Assembly (NCBI GenBank): GCA_963664825.1
Contig: OY761614.1
Span: forward strand, 1,728,001 to 1,792,000
Length of the DNA: 64,000 nt
Direction: 5' to 3'
DNA from: an uncultured Holophaga sp.
Lineage (GTDB): Bacteria; Acidobacteriota; Holophagae; Holophagales; Holophagaceae
The position numbers and the translations under genes are program-made. The notes under the pieces were generated by a model. The model saw nothing but the letters and a program-made list of their open reading frames with translations, had not been told where the DNA came from and searched no databases. Below are positions 60,013-64,000 of the stretch, in pieces; position 1 is the stretch's first letter; the number at the start of each line of letters is the position of its first letter.

Positions 60013-61371
60013 GTGGAATTGATTGAGCTTTCACGGATTTTCGACGGCCGACGGGCCCTGGAGCATCCTGTCGCCATCCTCGAGGGCCGGGTAATTCCCT
60101 TCGATAGGTTCGCCCGCAGGGTCGCAGCGGTGGCCGCCCAAGCCCGAGCCCAGACTACGGCCCAGGGCGGAGGACACTGGCTGCTGGCCTCGGAGGATGC
60201 CTGGGGTTTCCTGGTGGGCTTTTTCGGCCTGCTGCGGGCCGGGTGCAGCATCGCCATTCCTCCCAATCACCTGCCCGCCACCCTGGAACGGCTATCGGCC
60301 GATGTGGATGGCGTCTTCACGGATGTAGCCCCATGCCTGGGGGCGGGTCCCCTCTGGCATCCCATCCCCGAGGCCGGGGAGGCATTCCCGGATCCGGCTC
60401 CCCTGGCCGATGGGCTCGTGGATTTCTGGACCTCCGGGAGTTCGGGGGAAGCCAAGCGCATCCGCAAGCGCCTCTCTCAACTCAATGCGGAAGCCGTGGT
60501 GCTGGAAGAGACCTTTGGAGACCGCTTCCAGGGCGGGCCTGTGCTGGGCACCGTTCCCCATCAGCACATCTACGGCTGTCTCATCCGGATCCTGTGGCCC
60601 CTGGCGGCCGGACGGCCCATCGTCACCGAACAGTGCGGGGATCCCGACCGCTTCTGCGCGGCCCTCGAACGCTCCCTGGCGCCGGCCCTGGTGTGCAGCC
60701 CGGCCCTTCTGGCGCGCCTGCCCGATCTGGTGGACCTGGATCGCTTCAGTTCCCTGCCCTCGGTGATCTTCTCCTCCGGCGGCCCCTTGAAGACCGCTGA
60801 TGCCCTGGCCTGGCGGCGCTGGGTTCCCAGGGGGGTGGTGGAGATCTACGGCAGCACGGAGACCGGTGGCATCGCCTGGCGTGTGCAGTCTACGGATCCT
60901 TCCTCGGCCTCCTGGATTCCCTTTTCCGATGTCTCCTTCACCTTCGAGGCCGATGGGGCCCTGGTGGTGCGCTCCCCCCGGGTGGGGCCGGAACCCATCC
61001 GCATGGAGGATGCGGCCCAGCCTCTGCCCGATGGGCGCTTCCGCCTGATGGGGCGCCTGGACCGCATCGTCAAACTGGAGGAGAAGCGCGTCTCCCTGCC
61101 CGAGCTGGAGGCGGCCCTGGAAGCCCATCCATGGGTGGAAAGCGCCGCGGTGGTGCGGCTGGAAACCCCTCGGGTGATGCTGGGCGCCGCCATCGTGTTA
61201 GCCAAGGAGGCCCCAGGTCTGGAAAGGCGGGAGCTGGGGCTCATCCTTCGGCGCCATCTGGCCCTTTCCTTTGAGCCCATGGCGATCCCCAAGCGCTGGC
61301 GGTGGGTGGCCGAACTCCCCTACAACGAAAGAGGCAAGCTGACGCCTCAGGCCCTGGCCACCCTTTTCTGA
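60013..61371 (+). CDS. AMP-dependent acyl-ACP/CoA ligase (aryl-polyene cluster type)
   Basis: TSGSSGEAK, TVPHQHIYG, SSGGPL, EIYGSTETGG, GRLDRIVKLEEKR. Confidence 0.88.
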   Translation: MELIELSRIFDGRRALEHPVAILEGRVIPFDRFARRVAAVAAQARAQTTAQGGGHWLLASEDAWGFLVGFFGLLRAGCSIAIPPNHLPATLERLSADVDGVFTDVAPCLGAGPLWHPIPEAGEAFPDPAPLADGLVDFWTSGSSGEAKRIRKRLSQLNAEAVVLEETFGDRFQGGPVLGTVPHQHIYGCLIRILWPLAAGRPIVTEQCGDPDRFCAALERSLAPALVCSPALLARLPDLVDLDRFSSLPSVIFSSGGPLKTADALAWRRWVPRGVVEIYGSTETGGIAWRVQSTDPSSASWIPFSDVSFTFEADGALVVRSPRVGPEPIRMEDAAQPLPDGRFRLMGRLDRIVKLEEKRVSLPELEAALEAHPWVESAAVVRLETPRVMLGAAIVLAKEAPGLERRELGLILRRHLALSFEPMAIPKRWRWVAELPYNERGKLTPQALATLF

Positions 61372-61770
61372 GTGAGGAGCGCCTGCGATATGACCGCGTT
61401 GCCGAAGGTGGTGGGCCGGGAATCCGGTGTGGAAGAGCTGTTCGTCCTGGAGCTCGCTCTGGATGAGCCCGCCTTCCAGGGGCACTTCCCGGGCAACCCC
61501 ATCCTGCCCGGAGTCATCCAGGTGGATTGGGCCATCCGCCTGGGGACGGAAGCCTTCGGCCCCCTGGGGGATTTCCGAGGAATGGCGAACCTGAAATTCA
61601 TGGACCTGATCCGTCCGGGGGAGGTCCTTGAACTCGGTCTGACCCTGGATCGGGACCAAGGGGTGCTCGGGTTCCGCTACCAGTGCGGGGAACGTCGCAA
61701 ATCCGCAGGGCGGATCCTCTTTGGCCCGAGGGCTGTGCTGCCAAAATGCAATCAAGTTCAGGAGAAGTGA
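61372..61770 (+). CDS. FabA/FabZ-like hot-dog dehydratase
   Basis: FQGHFPGNPILPGVIQ...LKF..I.PG. Confidence 0.85.
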   Translation: MRSACDMTALPKVVGRESGVEELFVLELALDEPAFQGHFPGNPILPGVIQVDWAIRLGTEAFGPLGDFRGMANLKFMDLIRPGEVLELGLTLDRDQGVLGFRYQCGERRKSAGRILFGPRAVLPKCNQVQEK

Positions 61771-61772
61771 TC

Positions 61773-63356
61773 ATGCCCCGTACAATCGCGCCCACGAAAG
61801 AGTCCCCCCTCGACCCGCTGCAGATCGGGGCGGGGCGAATCCAGATCGAGGATGTGATCGAGGTGGCCCGGAGGGGGCGCTCCGTCGAACTCTCCCGGGA
61901 TCCCGCCTTCCGCGCCCGGGTGGAGGCCAGTGCCGCCTTCCTCAACGAACTCCTGGCGGGGGGCGGGGAGGTCTATGGCGTCAATACTGGCTACGGGGAT
62001 AACTGCACGGTGACCATCCCGCCGGAGCTGGTGGCGGAGCTGCCCACCCATCTCACCCGCTACCACGGGTGCGGGATGGGCGCCTTCCTGGAAGATTCCC
62101 AGGTCCTGGCAGTCCTGGTGGCCCGGCTCAATTCCCTGGGCCAGGGCTATTCCGCAGTCCGCCCCGTGATCCTCCAGGCCCTGGTGGACCTGATCAATCA
62201 CCGCATCCTGCCCCGGATCCCTTCGGAAGGTTCCGTGGGCGCCAGCGGGGATCTCACGCCCCTCTCCTACATCGGCGCGGCCCTCATCGGGGAGCGCGAG
62301 GTCACCTGTGGGGGCGAAGGGCTGCCCGCCGCCCAGGCCCTGGCCCAGGCGGGACTCGAGCCGGTGGTGCTGGCCCCTAAAGAAGGCCTCGCCATCATGA
62401 ACGGCACCGCCGTGATGACGGGCCTGGCCTGCCTGGCCTTCGACCGGGCGGAATACCTGGGACGGCTCTGCTGCCGCCTGACGGCCTTGGCCGGGGCCAG
62501 TCTCCAGAGCAACCGGGACCACTTCCATCCCCGGCTCTTCGAATTGAAGCCCCACCTGGGGCAGGCGGAGGCCGCGGGCTGGATCTACGAGGACCTGGGC
62601 GGTGCCGGCCAATCCGAGGATCCCGTCCGCCTCCAGGACCGCTATTCCATCCGCTGCGCCCCCCATATCATCGGCGTGCTCCGGGACGCCCTCCCCTGGA
62701 TCCGCCGGGATCTGGAAAACGAGCTCAATAGCGCCAACGACAACCCGCTCTTCGACGGCGAGAGGCGCCTGCTCCTGCATGGGGGCCACTTCTACGGCGG
62801 CCACGTGGCCTTCGCCATGGATGGCCTGAAGACCGCCGTGGCCAATCTGGCCGATCTCATGGATCGCCAACTGGCCCTGCTGGTGGATGTGCGCTACAAC
62901 AACGGGCTGCCCCAGAACCTCTCGGGGGCCAAGGGGCCCCGGGCCGCCATCAATCATGGCCTGAAGGCCGTCCAGATCGGCTCCAGCGCCTGGACCGCCG
63001 AGGCCCTCAAACTGACCATGCCGGCCTCGGTCTTCTCCCGCTCCACCGAATGCCACAACCAGGACAAGGTGAGCATGGGCACCATCGCGGCTCGGGATTG
63101 CCTGCGGGTGCTCGAACTCACCGAGCAGGTGGCGGCGGCCCTGCTGCTGGCCGTGGTCCAAGGCCTGGCCCTGCGCCAGCGGGAAGGGGGCCCCGTGGGC
63201 GCCTACGCGATGGAGCGCCTGTCCCTGGAGGCCAGGGCCTTCTTCGAGGAACTGGGGAGGACGCTCCCCTTCCTGGAAGAGGATCTGGCGCTGGATTCCA
63301 TCCTCCGGGATCTGGTGGCCGGCACCCAGGAACAGCGCTGGAGCCTCTACCGATGA
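61773..63356 (+). CDS. MIO-dependent aromatic amino acid ammonia-lyase (HAL/PAL/TAL family)
   Basis: VYGVNTGYG, GSVGASGDL (ASG at 62241-62249), KEGLAIMNGT, QDRYSIRCAP, NDNP, HNQDKVSMG. Confidence 0.95.
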   Translation: MPRTIAPTKESPLDPLQIGAGRIQIEDVIEVARRGRSVELSRDPAFRARVEASAAFLNELLAGGGEVYGVNTGYGDNCTVTIPPELVAELPTHLTRYHGCGMGAFLEDSQVLAVLVARLNSLGQGYSAVRPVILQALVDLINHRILPRIPSEGSVGASGDLTPLSYIGAALIGEREVTCGGEGLPAAQALAQAGLEPVVLAPKEGLAIMNGTAVMTGLACLAFDRAEYLGRLCCRLTALAGASLQSNRDHFHPRLFELKPHLGQAEAAGWIYEDLGGAGQSEDPVRLQDRYSIRCAPHIIGVLRDALPWIRRDLENELNSANDNPLFDGERRLLLHGGHFYGGHVAFAMDGLKTAVANLADLMDRQLALLVDVRYNNGLPQNLSGAKGPRAAINHGLKAVQIGSSAWTAEALKLTMPASVFSRSTECHNQDKVSMGTIAARDCLRVLELTEQVAAALLLAVVQGLALRQREGGPVGAYAMERLSLEARAFFEELGRTLPFLEEDLALDSILRDLVAGTQEQRWSLYR

Positions 63357-63766
63357 CGCCGTCTCTGAGCGAAGAGGTCATCATCGAGGTGCCCTTCCAC
63401 GATGTGGATGCCATGGGAGTGGCTTGGCACGGCCACTACGTCAAGTACATCGAGATCGCCCGCACGGCCATGATGCGCAAGATCGGCCTGGACTACCCAC
63501 AGCTGAAGGATTCGGGCTACATCTGGCCTGTGGTGGAGTGCCACCTGAAATACATCCGCCCCCTCTTCTACGGTATGAAGGTGCGCGTGAAGGCCACGCT
63601 GGTGGAGTGCGAGAGCCGGGTGAAGGTCGACTACCTCATGACGGACGCCCTTACGGGTGAGCGCCTCAACAAGGCCTGGACCGTGCAGCTGGCCGTGAAG
63701 GCCGATACGGGTGAACTGGCCTTCGAACTGCCCCCTTCCGTGCTCGCCGCCATCCCGAGGTCCTGA
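63353..63766 (+). CDS. Acyl-CoA thioesterase (4HBT/YbgC hot-dog family)
   Basis: VPFHDVDAMGVAWHGHYVKYIEIAR. Confidence 0.9.
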   Translation: MTPSLSEEVIIEVPFHDVDAMGVAWHGHYVKYIEIARTAMMRKIGLDYPQLKDSGYIWPVVECHLKYIRPLFYGMKVRVKATLVECESRVKVDYLMTDALTGERLNKAWTVQLAVKADTGELAFELPPSVLAAIPRS

Positions 63767-63768
63767 TC

Positions 63769-64000
63769 ATGCCCAAGCGATTCCTCTCATTCTTGTTCCT
63801 GGCCGCCTGCGCCCTGCAGGTCCAGCGGGCGGAGGCCACCCTTCCGGAGGCGCTGACCGCCCACCTGAAGAACACGCCCCTGCTGCACGTGGAATTCACC
63901 CAGACGCGTCACCTGGCGGCCCTCTCCAGGCCCCTGAAGACCACCGGCCGCATGGTGCTCTCCAAGGACCATGGCGTCATCTGGCAGGTGCGCAAGCCTC
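63769..64000 (+). CDS. LolA-like carrier protein, N-terminal part; truncated by window edge
   Basis: Manual translation: signal peptide then EFTQTRHLAALSRPLKTTGRMVLSKDHGVIWQVRKP; expected position after the thioesterase. Confidence 0.75.
   Translation, partial: MPKRFLSFLFLAACALQVQRAEATLPEALTAHLKNTPLLHVEFTQTRHLAALSRPLKTTGRMVLSKDHGVIWQVRKP

Overview
High-GC bacterial chromosomal window. My unverified impression from protein style is a Holophagae/Acidobacteriota-like anaerobe. 1-7.5 kb: minus-strand chemotaxis cluster (MCP-cheY-STAS-cheA-MCP-cheW-MCP, running off the left edge). 7.7-42.5 kb: mostly housekeeping genes, including purSQ, an MMPL transporter, a DnaC-like ATPase, a sigma-70 family factor, dnaK-dnaJ-hspR, yacG, trmD, trpB, rplS, ycaQ, topA, dprA, rpmB, tsaB, rimI, an orphan DNA methyltransferase, an NtrY-like kinase, apt, an acyl-CoA dehydrogenase and an ABC-F ATPase. 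42.5-64 kb: a large type II FAS/PKS-type lipid or pigment cluster that continues past the right edge. It joins an aryl-polyene/flexirubin-like operon to a cassette of four radical SAM enzymes (three B12-dependent, one fused to an alpha/beta-hydrolase), with glycosyltransferases and three ACPs. Two highlights: (1) two complete Trp-codon leader-peptide attenuators in tandem, absent from the ORF track, upstream of a stand-alone trpB that sits between trmD and rplS; (2) the radical-SAM-rich hybrid lipid cluster. I saw no tRNA, rRNA, CRISPR array, transposase or integrase. All family assignments come from motif recognition, not database searches.
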